64,000 nucleotides of DNA from an uncultured Clostridia bacterium (lineage in GTDB: Bacteria; Bacillota; Clostridia; TANB77; CAG-508), in NCBI GenBank assembly GCA_963931445.1, contig OZ007016.1, positions 1,358,538-1,422,537 on the forward strand, in the 5' to 3' direction. Below are positions 26,704 to 38,061 of the stretch, piece after piece. Position 1 is the stretch's first letter; each line of letters starts with the position of its first letter. The translations under genes were made by a program, and so were the position numbers. A model generated the notes under the pieces. That model saw only the letters and a program-made list of their open reading frames with translations. It ran no database searches and was not told where the DNA came from.

Positions 26704-26837
26704 TTTCATTACCTCCTATAAGATTTTCATATGTAGACTGTAAACGCTATCTACTACTATCAATATTCTCCAAGTATTTTTAAAATCCTTCTTTTTTTTA
26801 TTATTTTTTGCATATTCCTACAATTTTTTTATAATTT

Positions 26838-28484
26838 TTAATAAATTTTTAATATTTTTAATATTTTATATACATTTTTCCCAAAAGGAATTTTATTAAG
26901 TTGTTCAATTGAAAATACTTTTAGTATTACTATTAATACTATATATATTGTAACTCCTATCAATAGTGTTAATAGTATACACAATTTTTGTGAAAATATA
27001 CTTAATAATCTTGTATATGTGGATATCATGCATATTAGCATCATTATTGTTGCTATTATTGGCTTTACAAAATCTTTTAAACCAAAATCTATTGAAATAT
27101 ATTTTTTAAGTACATATAAAGCTATTATAAAAGTAATAATATGACTTATAACAGTAGATATTGCAGCTCCTGCTGTTCCTCCAAATATAAAATCATTTGA
27201 ATTAATTTTAACTAACATAGTATTTAAAATAAGCTTAATTATAGAACCGAAACTTAATATTAATGTTGGAACTATATTTTTTCCTAAACCATGTAATACT
27301 GAATTTATATTTTGATTTAACATTATAAAGCAAATTGATATAGAGCTTATTTGTAATAAAAAAGTACCTGCCGATTGATTTGGAAATAGTAATTCTAATA
27401 TAGGTTTTGCAAATAATATCATTCCTGCTGTACTAGGAATTCCTATTAAGACTGATATTAACATTGAAAAATTTATTTTTTTTATAGCACTTTCAAAATT
27501 TTTACTAGCTTTTGCTGAAGATACAACTGGTATTAATGTACTTGTAAATGCAAAATTAAATGACAATGGAAATGATACCAAAGTATCTATTTTTCCACTT
27601 AATATTCCATATTCTAATTTTGCTTGTGTTTCTGTCATAAAATTTTTTAAGTTTCTGACTATGGTCATTGAATCTATATTTTTATTTATTCCTCCAATAA
27701 TTGGTCCTATGGACATTGGTATGGAAACAAATAATATATCTTTAATGTTTTTTCTTATTCCTTTATACTTATAATTTACACTTCTTCTAATTTCATTTGC
27801 AATTTCTTTTCTAACACTTCCATAATATCTAAATAAATATATAAAACAAATTATTTCTGATAATGTTGTTGCTATTGCTGCTCCAGCAGACATAACCTTT
27901 GTATCTAATCCAGTAGTTTGAGCTATAAATTCAATTAATCCTATTGTTAAAATTGTTCTAAATATTTGTTCTATTGTTTGTGAGTTAGCTCCTATATTCA
28001 AATTTTGCCTTCCATTAAAATAACCTTTTATTACAGATGTTATTGATACAAAAAATATTGATGGTGATAATGCAAGTAAACTTAATTTTGCTTCTGGTAT
28101 TTGAATCCATTTATATGATATTGTTTCTGCAAAAGCAAATAATATTACAGATAGTATAAATCCCAAAAGTCCAAAAGTAATTATTGCAATTTTAAATACT
28201 TTATGAGCCCCTTTACTATCTCCTATTGCTAATCTTTCTGAAATTAATTTTGATACTGCATTTGGTATTCCTATTGAAGATATTGTAAGAAATAACGCAT
28301 AAATTTGAAATGCACTAGAATATATAGCATTTCCCTCATCTCCAAAACCTTGCCTGTTTGTTAAATATATTTTATTAATTACTCCAATAATTTTTATAAA
28401 TATGTGTGCTACAAATAAAATAATTACATTTTTTAAGAAACTAGTCTTATTTAATTTTTTATCTTTTAATATTAATTTTCTCAT
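26838..28484 (-). CDS. spoVB: MOP-superfamily flippase, SpoVB-like (stage V sporulation protein B)
   Basis: 548-aa polytopic protein. GDEGNAIYSSAFQIYALFLTISSIGIPNAVSKLISE matches the SpoVB/MurJ-type N-terminal pattern. Assignment to SpoVB rather than a generic polysaccharide flippase is tentative. Confidence 0.5.
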   Translation of the reverse strand: MRKLILKDKKLNKTSFLKNVIILFVAHIFIKIIGVINKIYLTNRQGFGDEGNAIYSSAFQIYALFLTISSIGIPNAVSKLISERLAIGDSKGAHKVFKIAIITFGLLGFILSVILFAFAETISYKWIQIPEAKLSLLALSPSIFFVSITSVIKGYFNGRQNLNIGANSQTIEQIFRTILTIGLIEFIAQTTGLDTKVMSAGAAIATTLSEIICFIYLFRYYGSVRKEIANEIRRSVNYKYKGIRKNIKDILFVSIPMSIGPIIGGINKNIDSMTIVRNLKNFMTETQAKLEYGILSGKIDTLVSFPLSFNFAFTSTLIPVVSSAKASKNFESAIKKINFSMLISVLIGIPSTAGMILFAKPILELLFPNQSAGTFLLQISSISICFIMLNQNINSVLHGLGKNIVPTLILSFGSIIKLILNTMLVKINSNDFIFGGTAGAAISTVISHIITFIIALYVLKKYISIDFGLKDFVKPIIATIMMLICMISTYTRLLSIFSQKLCILLTLLIGVTIYIVLIVILKVFSIEQLNKIPFGKNVYKILKILKIY

Positions 28485-28595
28485 AATTAATATTATTCTT
28501 CTATTAATTATTTATTCAAAATAAGGACTTTTTTTATAAAAATACTTGTTTTTTTCTCTATTTTATAAGATAATATATATGTATGATTTTATTTA

Positions 28596-30962
28596 TTGAA
28601 AGTGGTGAAATTATTGAAATACATAGATAATTTTTTAAAATTTTTAAAAACAGATAGGAATACTTTTGTAACATATATTTTAACTTTAATTTCAGCATAT
28701 ATTTTAGTTGATAGATTAGTTGAATTGATGTTTATGATATTTACTGGAGTAGGTTATTCTTATTGGGGACCTATTAAATATACCTTAGCTTTTGCCTGTA
28801 TAATTTTTGCATTTTATTTTTCTTTTAGTTCAAAATTTGCAAAAGCAGATATTGATAAATTAAGGTTTTTTAATACTTATGTAATTTCTTTATATGTATT
28901 AACTGTATCATTTACAGTACAAGGTTTAAATTCTCTTGCTTGGACATTTATACTATCTGCACCTAATTATGCACAGATAGTCGAACAGTATTCAAATTTA
29001 TTTAGACCTGCTTTTACTGCTATTTCATTATATATTCCACTTGTTAGTTTTTATAAAGTATTTAAGTGGCTTACTTTTACAATTAATGATACAAAAGATC
29101 TTAAAGATTCAATATTTGATTATGGTGGTATTAGCTTATCTGGAAAGCCAAAAGATACAGGTAAATACTCATGTGAAGTTATGCTTTGTGTAGATACTGA
29201 ATCTGGAGAAGATGTAATTATTCCAGAAACCAAAAGATTAGAATCATTTTTAGTAGTGGGTGTATCTGGTTCTGGTAAAACTACTATGATATATGAACCT
29301 ATGATGGCAAGAGATTTAGATAGAAAATACTTTTTTAGAGAAATTTCTAAAGAAATGGGATTTACAGCATTAAAAACAGGTATTGCAACTCTTAATTTGC
29401 CATATGATAATTCTTATTTAAATGAAAACTTTTCACTAGATATGTTAACACCAAATCCAGATAAAGAAGATTTATATAAAGCTTACATGAAAAAAATGAT
29501 CTTAGGTAAATCAAATGGAAAATATATTTACAAAAACTTTGGATTAACATATTTATCAGCTGATTATGATTCTGTTGAAAGAATTCTTAATGTAGCTAAA
29601 AATTATAAAATCAAGGTTAATTTAATTGACCCAAATAGTTCTTCTTCACCTGGTATGAATCCATTTGTATACGAAGATCCTATAAAAACTGGTATGGCAA
29701 TTTCTTCTGTATTAAAAGGACTATATTCTACAAGTAGGCCTGACCTTCAAATGGCTTTTAGAGAAAATACTGCTATACAAATTATAGAAAATCTTTCAAT
29801 TTTATTAAAGGAAATGTATCCAAGATTAAATAATGGTGATTTACCAAACCTTGAAGATATGCTTAATATGATGAACGATTTTTCTTTAGTAGAAGAAATG
29901 TGTAATCAAATGAAAGAAATTCCTGAACTTGTAGCCAAATATAAAATACTAATAAAATATTTTGAAAATAATTTTTACGCAGATAGTAAAGACTTAGCTA
30001 CAACAAAACAATCTGTATATACAGCATCAGCTGAATTAGACAATTTACTAAGATATCCTGGTGTTAAAAATATATTATGTAATAGAACAAATAATTTAGT
30101 ATATGACAAAATATTAGCTGATGGAGAAGTAACTTTTGTATGTACAAGAAGAGGAGATTTAGGTGCAAATGCACATAAAGCATTTGGTATATTCTTCTTA
30201 CTACTTATGCAACAATCTGTACTTGCAAGACCTGGAAATGATAATACAAGAATACCACATTTCTTGTATATAGATGATTTTCCTGAGTTTTTATGCAAAG
30301 CAATAGAACCGATATTTACTGTATATAGAAAATATAAAGTTGGTAATATTTTATCTGCTCAAACTTTATCTCAATTAAATGGTGATGAAAAAGATAATTT
30401 TAGAGATGAAATACTTGCCAACTGTGTAAATAAAGCAATATTTGGTAATGCTTTACCTGAAGATGTTAAATGGTGGCAAACAGAATTGCAAGACAAAAGA
30501 GAATGGTCTTGGTCTAGCAGTTATGAAACTAATACTGAAAAAGAAAATTATGGTTATGATTCTAAACTAAATATGATAAAATATGAATGGAAACCTAATT
30601 ATTCTGCTGGAAAAATAATGTCTTTAAAAGGAAAACAAATTTTGTTTAAAGTTAAAGATAGTAAAGGAAAAAGTTATGTCGCTAAGGGTAAATTAGATTT
30701 TCTAGAAGCAAAATATAAAGAACCTAAAAAACTTAAAGAATATAACTTTGAAAAATTTACAAGTGGAATATCTGATGAAATTAAAAAGAAACCTGTTTCC
30801 ACAAAATTTAGAGGTAATTTTGCAGCAGCTACTGCAGATAATGATCCTACAAATTTTAATAATGAAGTAGATCCAATTAAAACAGATAGTACAGATTCAA
30901 AATATTTCCTAGATAATGATGATGCAATTATATTTGACTTAAACAGAAAAAAAGATAACTAA
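28596..30962 (+). CDS. Type IV coupling protein-like (TraG/TraD/VirD4 family) membrane ATPase
   Basis: About 5 N-terminal TM segments. Walker A FLVVGVSGSGKTT. Walker B and TraG-D_C-like HFLYIDDFPEF...GNILSAQTLSQL. The start codon is uncertain (TTG/GTG cluster 28596-28614). Confidence 0.55.
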   Translation: MKVVKLLKYIDNFLKFLKTDRNTFVTYILTLISAYILVDRLVELMFMIFTGVGYSYWGPIKYTLAFACIIFAFYFSFSSKFAKADIDKLRFFNTYVISLYVLTVSFTVQGLNSLAWTFILSAPNYAQIVEQYSNLFRPAFTAISLYIPLVSFYKVFKWLTFTINDTKDLKDSIFDYGGISLSGKPKDTGKYSCEVMLCVDTESGEDVIIPETKRLESFLVVGVSGSGKTTMIYEPMMARDLDRKYFFREISKEMGFTALKTGIATLNLPYDNSYLNENFSLDMLTPNPDKEDLYKAYMKKMILGKSNGKYIYKNFGLTYLSADYDSVERILNVAKNYKIKVNLIDPNSSSSPGMNPFVYEDPIKTGMAISSVLKGLYSTSRPDLQMAFRENTAIQIIENLSILLKEMYPRLNNGDLPNLEDMLNMMNDFSLVEEMCNQMKEIPELVAKYKILIKYFENNFYADSKDLATTKQSVYTASAELDNLLRYPGVKNILCNRTNNLVYDKILADGEVTFVCTRRGDLGANAHKAFGIFFLLLMQQSVLARPGNDNTRIPHFLYIDDFPEFLCKAIEPIFTVYRKYKVGNILSAQTLSQLNGDEKDNFRDEILANCVNKAIFGNALPEDVKWWQTELQDKREWSWSSSYETNTEKENYGYDSKLNMIKYEWKPNYSAGKIMSLKGKQILFKVKDSKGKSYVAKGKLDFLEAKYKEPKKLKEYNFEKFTSGISDEIKKKPVSTKFRGNFAAATADNDPTNFNNEVDPIKTDSTDSKYFLDNDDAIIFDLNRKKDN

Positions 30963-30971
30963 TATATATCC

Positions 30972-31010
30972 AAAATGAACTGAATTTAAAATAGATTCAG
31001 TTCATTTTTT
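30972..31010. terminator. Bidirectional terminator between convergent genes
   Basis: AAA-ATGAACTGAAT-ttaaaatag-ATTCAGTTCAT-TTTTT. Confidence 0.6.
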
Positions 31011-31060
31011 ATTGTATATGAATTTCAAATTTGGTTTTAAAATATCACTAATTTACTTTA

Positions 31061-31996
31061 TTATATTCCTAGCAATTTTACTTCTACATTTTCCATTTTA
31101 TATTTTCCAGAATCCAATTTGAACTCTACCAATGTTTTATCTAAAGATTCTTTATTTTGTCTTAAATCAGTAGAAAAATATAATTTAATTTTTTCTATTT
31201 CTAATTTATTTACTACTATTACTTTAAATGTTTCTGCCATATTTTTTTCATCTTCACATATAAAAATAAGTTGTGGCATTGAACTAAATCCTGAATCACC
31301 TGGTAAATAATTAGCATAAAAATCATTGTATAATCTCATTTTATCTATTAATTTCTTTTCCCATTCTTCTTCTCTTCTTATAACTTCGAATAAGAATTCA
31401 ATTGATTTATTATTTTTAGTTAATTTCACATTGCCACCTGTAGCTTTAAATGTTTTTCCTGTTTGTTTAGCAGTAATTGCTGGTTTTACTGTATATGATT
31501 CAAATGCTTTTACTTTTCTTAAATATGCAATAATTGTTTGATTTCCTGCTAATCTTTTCTTTATCATTGGAACTGGTTTTGTATTATCTGTAGGTTGCCA
31601 TTTGCATTCTATTCCTCTTGAATTAAGTAAATATTTTCCCATTTTTTCTAGACAATATATTCTATATATTCCTTTTCCATCTTCACCATTAAAAAAATAT
31701 CTTGTAAGTATTTTTGATTTTATTAATTGTTCTAATTTATTATTTAATTTATCTTGAGAAGCCACTTCTACATTTTTCCATTGTAACATTTGATATAATT
31801 GTCTTGATGTCATAAATTCAAACTCATTAACAAGTTCTAGTATTTTAAAATGTAAATCGTTTATATGACCTATATTAATTTTATGAATTATTTGATTCAT
31901 TGATACATATCCATCTTTACCATCAAATGTTTTTATTTCTCCTTCTCTTACTGCAAAAGGTGATACTACCGCCTTTATTTCATTGTCTTCTACCAT
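31061..31996 (-). CDS. Replication-relaxation family protein (putative)
   Basis: N-terminal winged-helix-like LHFKILELVNEFEFMTSRQLYQMLQW...KLEQLIKSKILTRYFF resembles the Replic_Relax family. Assignment is from pattern memory only. Confidence 0.4.
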   Translation of the reverse strand: MVEDNEIKAVVSPFAVREGEIKTFDGKDGYVSMNQIIHKINIGHINDLHFKILELVNEFEFMTSRQLYQMLQWKNVEVASQDKLNNKLEQLIKSKILTRYFFNGEDGKGIYRIYCLEKMGKYLLNSRGIECKWQPTDNTKPVPMIKKRLAGNQTIIAYLRKVKAFESYTVKPAITAKQTGKTFKATGGNVKLTKNNKSIEFLFEVIRREEEWEKKLIDKMRLYNDFYANYLPGDSGFSSMPQLIFICEDEKNMAETFKVIVVNKLEIEKIKLYFSTDLRQNKESLDKTLVEFKLDSGKYKMENVEVKLLGI

Positions 31997-32127
31997 AATA
32001 CATCTCTCCTTTTTTGGTATACTACATCTAAAAAAGTACTACTTCTTTAGTGTTTACATAGGTATTCTACCACATTATATATTTTTATGTCAATGGGGAC
32101 CTTGAATAATGACACCATTGCTATATC

Positions 32128-32847
32128 TTAAAGTTTAAGAAATTTTTCTATTTCTTTATTAGTTAAATATCTCCATTCTCCTAATTTTAATTTTTTTACA
32201 TCTATATTTTCTATTTTGCTTCTATGTAATGCTAATACTTTTTTTCCGATTGAATTACACATTTTTCTTACTTCTCTATTTTTTCCTTCGTGTATTGTAA
32301 TTTCTATTCTTGATATATCTTTTTCTTTATCTAATTTTAATATTTTTACTTTTGCACTTCCAGATATATAGTTTTCTATTGGTACTCCTTGCTCTAAGTT
32401 TTTAATTTCTTCTTTTGTAATAATTCCTTTTAAAGTTACATTATAAGTTTTTTCTACTTCATATTTTGGATGAGTTACTTTATATATAAATTCCCCATCA
32501 TTAGTAAGAATTAATGCACCTGATGTATACATATCTAGTCTACCAACAGGTAATATTTTTTCTTTTACTTTTACTAAATCTAGAACTGTATCTCTACCAA
32601 ATTGATCTTTAGTAGTTGTAACATAACCAATTGGTTTATTTAATAATATATATACTTTTTTGTCAGTTTTTCCTATTTTATTTCCTTTATAAATAACTTC
32701 ATCTTTTTCTGGATTTATTTTTTTACCTAATTGTGTAACAACTTCTCCATTTACTTTTATTAAACCATTTAATATGAGCTCTTCTGCTTTTCTTCTTGAA
32801 CAAACTCCATAATTTGCTAAGAATTTTTGTAACCTTACTTCCTCCAT
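32128..32847 (-). CDS. rluB: RsuA/RluB-family pseudouridine synthase
   Basis: S4 domain RLQKFLANYGVCSRRKAEELI and catalytic GRLDMYTSGALILTNDG. Confidence 0.8.
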   Translation of the reverse strand: MEEVRLQKFLANYGVCSRRKAEELILNGLIKVNGEVVTQLGKKINPEKDEVIYKGNKIGKTDKKVYILLNKPIGYVTTTKDQFGRDTVLDLVKVKEKILPVGRLDMYTSGALILTNDGEFIYKVTHPKYEVEKTYNVTLKGIITKEEIKNLEQGVPIENYISGSAKVKILKLDKEKDISRIEITIHEGKNREVRKMCNSIGKKVLALHRSKIENIDVKKLKLGEWRYLTNKEIEKFLKL

Positions 32848-32864
32848 TTTTCACCTTCATATAT

Positions 32865-33770
32865 TTATTTTCTATTATCTAATTTATTTAATACTTCTTT
32901 AAAATAATCTGGCAATTCTGCCTCTAAATGCATTTGTTTATTTGTTATAGGATGTTTAAAATCTAAGCTCTTTGCGTGTAACATTTGCCCTTGCACTCCA
33001 AATTCATTTTTTCCATTTGAATATACTATATCTCCTACTACAGGATGTCCAATTTCAGATAAATGAACCCTGATTTGATGTGTTCTTCCTGTATCTATTT
33101 TTAATTGTAGTAATGTATAGTTTGAATATCTTTTTAGAACTTTAAAATGTGTTATTGCTTCTTTCCCATCTTTTCTAACTGCCATCTTCTTTCTATCTTT
33201 TGTGCTTCTACCTATTGGCATATTTATTGTTGCTTCTTCTTCATTAATATTTCCTCTTACTAAAGCAATATATATTTTTTTAACTTGTCTATTTTTTATT
33301 TGATTGCTCATATTTATATGTGCTAAATCATTTTTAGCAACTATTAACAATCCAGATGTATCTTTATCTAGTCTATGTACTATTCCTGGCCTTATTTCTC
33401 CTCCTATTCCAGATAGACTATCTTTACATATTGACATTATAGCATTTACCAAAGTTCCCTCTAAATTTCCACTTGCTGGATGTACTACCATTCCTTTTGG
33501 CTTATTTACAACAATTATATCATTATCTTCATATATTATATCTAATGGTATTTCCTCTGCTTTTATTTTAGTTTCTTTTGGATCTGGAATATTTATACTT
33601 ATATTATCACCAATTTGAACTTTATATGATATTTTTCTTTCTTCTCCATTTACTAATATATTTCCATTTTCTATTAATCTTTGTATATTTGTTCTTGAAA
33701 TATTTTCATTTTTTTTAGAAATATATGCATCTAAACGCATATTATCTGTATCTACTACTATATTTTCCAC
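32865..33770 (-). CDS. rluD: RluA/RluD-family pseudouridine synthase
   Basis: S4 domain plus HRLDKDTSGLLIVAKN and GRTHQIRVH motifs. Confidence 0.8.
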   Translation of the reverse strand: MENIVVDTDNMRLDAYISKKNENISRTNIQRLIENGNILVNGEERKISYKVQIGDNISINIPDPKETKIKAEEIPLDIIYEDNDIIVVNKPKGMVVHPASGNLEGTLVNAIMSICKDSLSGIGGEIRPGIVHRLDKDTSGLLIVAKNDLAHINMSNQIKNRQVKKIYIALVRGNINEEEATINMPIGRSTKDRKKMAVRKDGKEAITHFKVLKRYSNYTLLQLKIDTGRTHQIRVHLSEIGHPVVGDIVYSNGKNEFGVQGQMLHAKSLDFKHPITNKQMHLEAELPDYFKEVLNKLDNRK

Positions 33771-33781
33771 TGTTATACTCC

Positions 33782-35485
33782 TTAATATTCTCTTTCATAT
33801 AGTACAAAATTATTATCGGAATAAATTTTTTTATAATGTTCTCCATCTCTAGATAAAAACATATTTAGTTTTGTATTCTTTTTTATTAATATATGTGTTA
33901 TTCCATATTTATTAAATGTATTTTCATAATATGTTGAAAGATTTGTTGTATTTATATAATCAGAAAATATATCATTTCCTTCATATTTTCCTTCTTCATT
34001 TTTAACTCCATTAAATTCTGGTGTATATAAATCTGCTCTAGAATCTATAAATACAGGTATTCCTCTATATAACATATAACTTCCATAATTATATTCATTA
34101 AATATTTTCATATTTTCAATATCTATATTTTCTAATATATAATCACATGCTTCTACTGGGTAAGAGCTTGTACTTACTATTGGATTATTTATTTTTTCTC
34201 TGTAAATTGTAAAACTTACTAATATTCCTAATAATATAGTTACAATTTTTCCAAATGTTGAAGTTATTGCATTTATAGATTGTTCTGTTCCATCTTTATC
34301 GTATTTATCTATTAAGGCAACTATTAATTTTGCAAATATAAATCCACCTATTAATACAAACATTGATATTTGTCTTCTAGACATAAAAGCTAGTAATACC
34401 AAACCTGCTAGCATAAATAAATCTCTTAATTTTATTTTAGTATCTGTAAACATTAATATCATTAAAAATAGTACTAATACAGTCATTGTTTTTAAATCAT
34501 TTATAAGTGTTAATGGTAAGTGCTCACTTATATTGTCCATTGTATTTCCTTGCATTGTTTTAATCAAATATGTATATGGTGCACTTCCTACTGGAGTAAG
34601 TAAGCCGGTAAAAGCACAAATAATCATTATTATAATAAGATATTTAATATTATCTTCTGGCTTAAATATTATTTTATATGGTTTTTCTCTCCTTGCTCTT
34701 TTATTTTCATCTACATTTTCTTTTTGCTTTTGTAATCTTTCTATTTTTTCTGTTATTTTATCAATTTTCTCTTGAGATTTATTTTTTAATGTTAATTTTT
34801 TTACTTTAGATTTATTTATTTTAATTGCAAATTTATAATATAGATTTGAATCAACTATTTTAGATAATATATATTCTACAATATATGGTAAATATAATAC
34901 AAAATAAAATGGCCATACTGCTAAATGTACATTAGCAATAATTATTGGTATAATTATTAAATATATTGCATACCTTTTCTTTTTTGTTTCTATAAATCTT
35001 TCTATAAATAAAATGGTTAATACAAATAATATATATGTAACTAGTTGAGCTCTTGCAGCAATAAAACTTTTAAGTAAATACATCATTCCCAAAGTTATAA
35101 AAAATGCTACTAATTGATTTTTACATATTTTATTTAAAGCATAATATATAATTATTCCTAATATTATTGATAACATAGCTGTTGCTATGTAAATAGCTGT
35201 AAATCCACCAATACCTATATTTTCTCCTAAATGATACACCAAATATGTTGCTACATCATATGCCCAATGTGGATATGTATATTCTAAATTTTCATGCCAA
35301 GAAAATGGATCTTTCATATCAATTCCATTTTCTAATATATGTTCTCCTATTGCTATAGTGTAATAAGTATCATTTTGTAATGTTTTTGGTGTTAAAGCAA
35401 AACTAAAAATAATAATAATAAATATTGCAAGTACATTAAATTTTATTTTTGTATTCTTATTCATTTTTTTCTTTTCCTTTCTCAT
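33782..35485 (-). CDS. Large polytopic membrane protein (GT-C-like glycosyltransferase candidate)
   Basis: 567 aa with many TM segments, a central charged coiled segment and a C-terminal soluble domain. No firm family assignment. Confidence 0.35.
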   Translation of the reverse strand: MRKEKKKMNKNTKIKFNVLAIFIIIIFSFALTPKTLQNDTYYTIAIGEHILENGIDMKDPFSWHENLEYTYPHWAYDVATYLVYHLGENIGIGGFTAIYIATAMLSIILGIIIYYALNKICKNQLVAFFITLGMMYLLKSFIAARAQLVTYILFVLTILFIERFIETKKKRYAIYLIIIPIIIANVHLAVWPFYFVLYLPYIVEYILSKIVDSNLYYKFAIKINKSKVKKLTLKNKSQEKIDKITEKIERLQKQKENVDENKRARREKPYKIIFKPEDNIKYLIIIMIICAFTGLLTPVGSAPYTYLIKTMQGNTMDNISEHLPLTLINDLKTMTVLVLFLMILMFTDTKIKLRDLFMLAGLVLLAFMSRRQISMFVLIGGFIFAKLIVALIDKYDKDGTEQSINAITSTFGKIVTILLGILVSFTIYREKINNPIVSTSSYPVEACDYILENIDIENMKIFNEYNYGSYMLYRGIPVFIDSRADLYTPEFNGVKNEEGKYEGNDIFSDYINTTNLSTYYENTFNKYGITHILIKKNTKLNMFLSRDGEHYKKIYSDNNFVLYEREY

Positions 35486-36224
35486 TTATATATTAAATTC
35501 TGCATATATAATACTGTGATCTGATTTTTGTTTAGAATCAACTGTTTCATATTTTAATAATTCAATATTATTTGAATAAAATATTGTATCTATACATCCT
35601 TGTCCTAGTTTTGAAAACCAAGTATCTTCTGTGTTTTTTAATCTTTTTAATTTCTTTTCTAAAATATTATATTCTTCATATTCTTCTTTTTTTTCAAAAG
35701 TATATTTTCCTTTTCCTAATCTTGTTACTCCAACATTAAAATCTCCACCTATAATTATTATTTCCTTTTTATCTATTTTAGATATTATTTTATTTAGTTC
35801 TTTACATGCCAAAATTCTCTCATCTTCATAAGTAGACAAATGCACTGAAAATAGATTTATTTTAGCTGTTCCGAAGTGATATCCTATTATATAAAATTCC
35901 TCTTTGTTCATGATTTATATCAGTTAATGGCATAAGATAATTTACTGAAAATGAAATAGGAAATCTGCTTATTATTCCATCTCCATAATATCCATCTTCT
36001 AAAGTAATATTGCTTTCCATAGAACAATATGGTAAATATACTTTCTTACTAAATTCTCTTATTTGATTCACTTCTCCAGCTCTTTTTGTATACATATCAA
36101 TTTCTTGTAAAAATACAATATCTGGTTTATATGCATTTACAATTTCTGCTTGTCTATTTATATCTATTATTCCATCTAGTCCCTTTCCATGAGCTACATT
36201 AAAACTAACTATTTTTATTAACAT
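35486..36224 (-). pseudogene. Endonuclease/exonuclease/phosphatase (EEP) family protein with a frameshift
   Basis: ORFs 35862-36224 (IVSFNVAHGKG...DIVFLQEID) and 35486-35911 (...IIIGGDFN...SDHSIIYAEF) are colinear with EEP enzymes. The frame switches in the run AAAA 35892-35895 (TTTT on the coding strand). Confidence 0.7.
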
Positions 36225-36308
36225 AAATTACCTCTTAAAATAAATTTCGATACTTATTATATCAAAAAAGAGCTTTTAAATAAAGCCCCTTTTTTTAATT
36301 TATTTAAA

Positions 36309-37190
36309 TTATCCTTTTATTTGTTTTGCAACTTCTTCTGCAAAATTTTCTTCTCTTTTTTCTAATCCTTCACCTTTTTCAAATCTTACAAATCTTACTA
36401 TTTTTGCACCTTTTGATTCTACTAATTTACCAACTTTTACATCTGGATCTTTAACAAATTCTTGCTCTACTAAGCATATTTCACTATAAAATTTTCCTAT
36501 TCTTCCTTGTACTATTTTTTCTGCTATTTCTGCTGGTTTTCCTTCGTTCATTGCTTGAGCTTTCAATATTTCCATTTCTTTTGCAAGTCTATCCGCTGGA
36601 ACTGATTCTCTATCTAAATATTCTGGTCTAGCAGCTGCTATTTGCATACAAACATCTTTTGCAAGTTCATTTGTACCATTTTCCATTTCAACTAAAACTG
36701 CAATTTTTCCATCTCCATGTATATAACTTTCTAATAAATTGTTTGTTTCAAATCTAGCGAATCTTCTTATTGACATATTTTCACCTATTGTTGCTATCTT
36801 ATTTGTTAAAACTTCTCTTACTGTTTTATCTGATTCAGCTATTGATTTTTGTTCTAACAATGCTTCTACATCTGCTGGATTTTGTTCTGCTACTTGTTTT
36901 GCCACATCTTTAACAAAATTTCTAAATTCTTCATTTTTAGCAACAAAATCTGTTTCTGCATTAACTTCCACTGCAACTCCTACTTTTCCATCTTCTGATA
37001 TATATGTTTCAACTAATCCCTCTGCTGCAATTCTATCTGATTTTTTAGCAGCTTTAGTAATACCTCTTTCTCTTAAAAGTTCTATTGCCTTTTCTTCGTC
37101 TCCATTAGTTTCTGTTAAAACTTTTTTGCAGTCCATCATACCTGCACCTGTTTTTTCTCTTAATTCTTTAACTTGACTTGCTGTAATCAT
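36309..37190 (-). CDS. tsf: Elongation factor Ts
   Basis: MITASQVKELREKTGAGMMDCKKVL... Confidence 0.95.
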   Translation of the reverse strand: MITASQVKELREKTGAGMMDCKKVLTETNGDEEKAIELLRERGITKAAKKSDRIAAEGLVETYISEDGKVGVAVEVNAETDFVAKNEEFRNFVKDVAKQVAEQNPADVEALLEQKSIAESDKTVREVLTNKIATIGENMSIRRFARFETNNLLESYIHGDGKIAVLVEMENGTNELAKDVCMQIAAARPEYLDRESVPADRLAKEMEILKAQAMNEGKPAEIAEKIVQGRIGKFYSEICLVEQEFVKDPDVKVGKLVESKGAKIVRFVRFEKGEGLEKREENFAEEVAKQIKG

Positions 37191-37269
37191 TTAAAATCCT
37201 CCTTTTATATTAAAATAAGGAGATAGAGCAGATTAAAGCTCTCCTCCTTTTATTTATATTTTATAAATA

Positions 37270-38061
37270 TTACTTTTTTTCTTCATTATTTTCTGCTGAA
37301 GCAACTACTTCTTCCATAGATTCTGGTTCTACTTCTGTATTTTCTTCTACCATTTCATTTTGGGCTGTTTCCATTGATTCACCTTGTTTTCCTTCTATAA
37401 CTGCATTTGCCATACAATCTGCAATTAAAGCAACTGCTCTTATTGCATCATCATTTCCTGGTATAGCATAATCTACATCTTCAGGATTACAATTTGTATC
37501 AACTAATCCTATAACTGGAATACCTAATTTTCTAGCTTCTAATATTCCTATTCTTTCTTTTTTAGGATCTACTATAAACATTACTCCTGGAAGTTCTTTC
37601 ATTTCTTTAATTCCGCCAAGATTTTTTTCTAATTTTTCCATTTCTTTCTTTAAAAGAATAACTTCTTTTTTAGGTAGAACATCAAAAGTTCCATCTTCTT
37701 GCATTTTTTCAAGTTCAGCTAATCTTTCGATTCTCTTTCTTATTGTACCAAAGTTTGTTAGAGTGCCTCCTAACCATCTTTGATTAATGTAGTACATACC
37801 ACATTTTTCTGCTGCTTCTTTAACACAATCTTGTGCTTGTTTTTTTGTTCCAACAAATAAAATTGTTTTTCCTTCTTCTGCTTGTTCTTTTAAGAAGCTG
37901 TATGCTTCGTCTAATTTTTTAGATGTCTTTTGTAAATCGATAATGTGAATACCATTTCTAGCTTGAAATATATATTCAGCCATTTTTGGTTCCCATCTTC
38001 TTGTTTGATGTCCAAAATGAACACCTGCTTCTAGTAATTGTTTCATTGCAACTACTGCCAT
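37270..38061 (-). CDS. rpsB: 30S ribosomal protein S2 (with acidic C-terminal tail)
   Basis: [22 protein letters not shown]... Confidence 0.95.
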   Translation of the reverse strand: MAVVAMKQLLEAGVHFGHQTRRWEPKMAEYIFQARNGIHIIDLQKTSKKLDEAYSFLKEQAEEGKTILFVGTKKQAQDCVKEAAEKCGMYYINQRWLGGTLTNFGTIRKRIERLAELEKMQEDGTFDVLPKKEVILLKKEMEKLEKNLGGIKEMKELPGVMFIVDPKKERIGILEARKLGIPVIGLVDTNCNPEDVDYAIPGNDDAIRAVALIADCMANAVIEGKQGESMETAQNEMVEENTEVEPESMEEVVASAENNEEKK

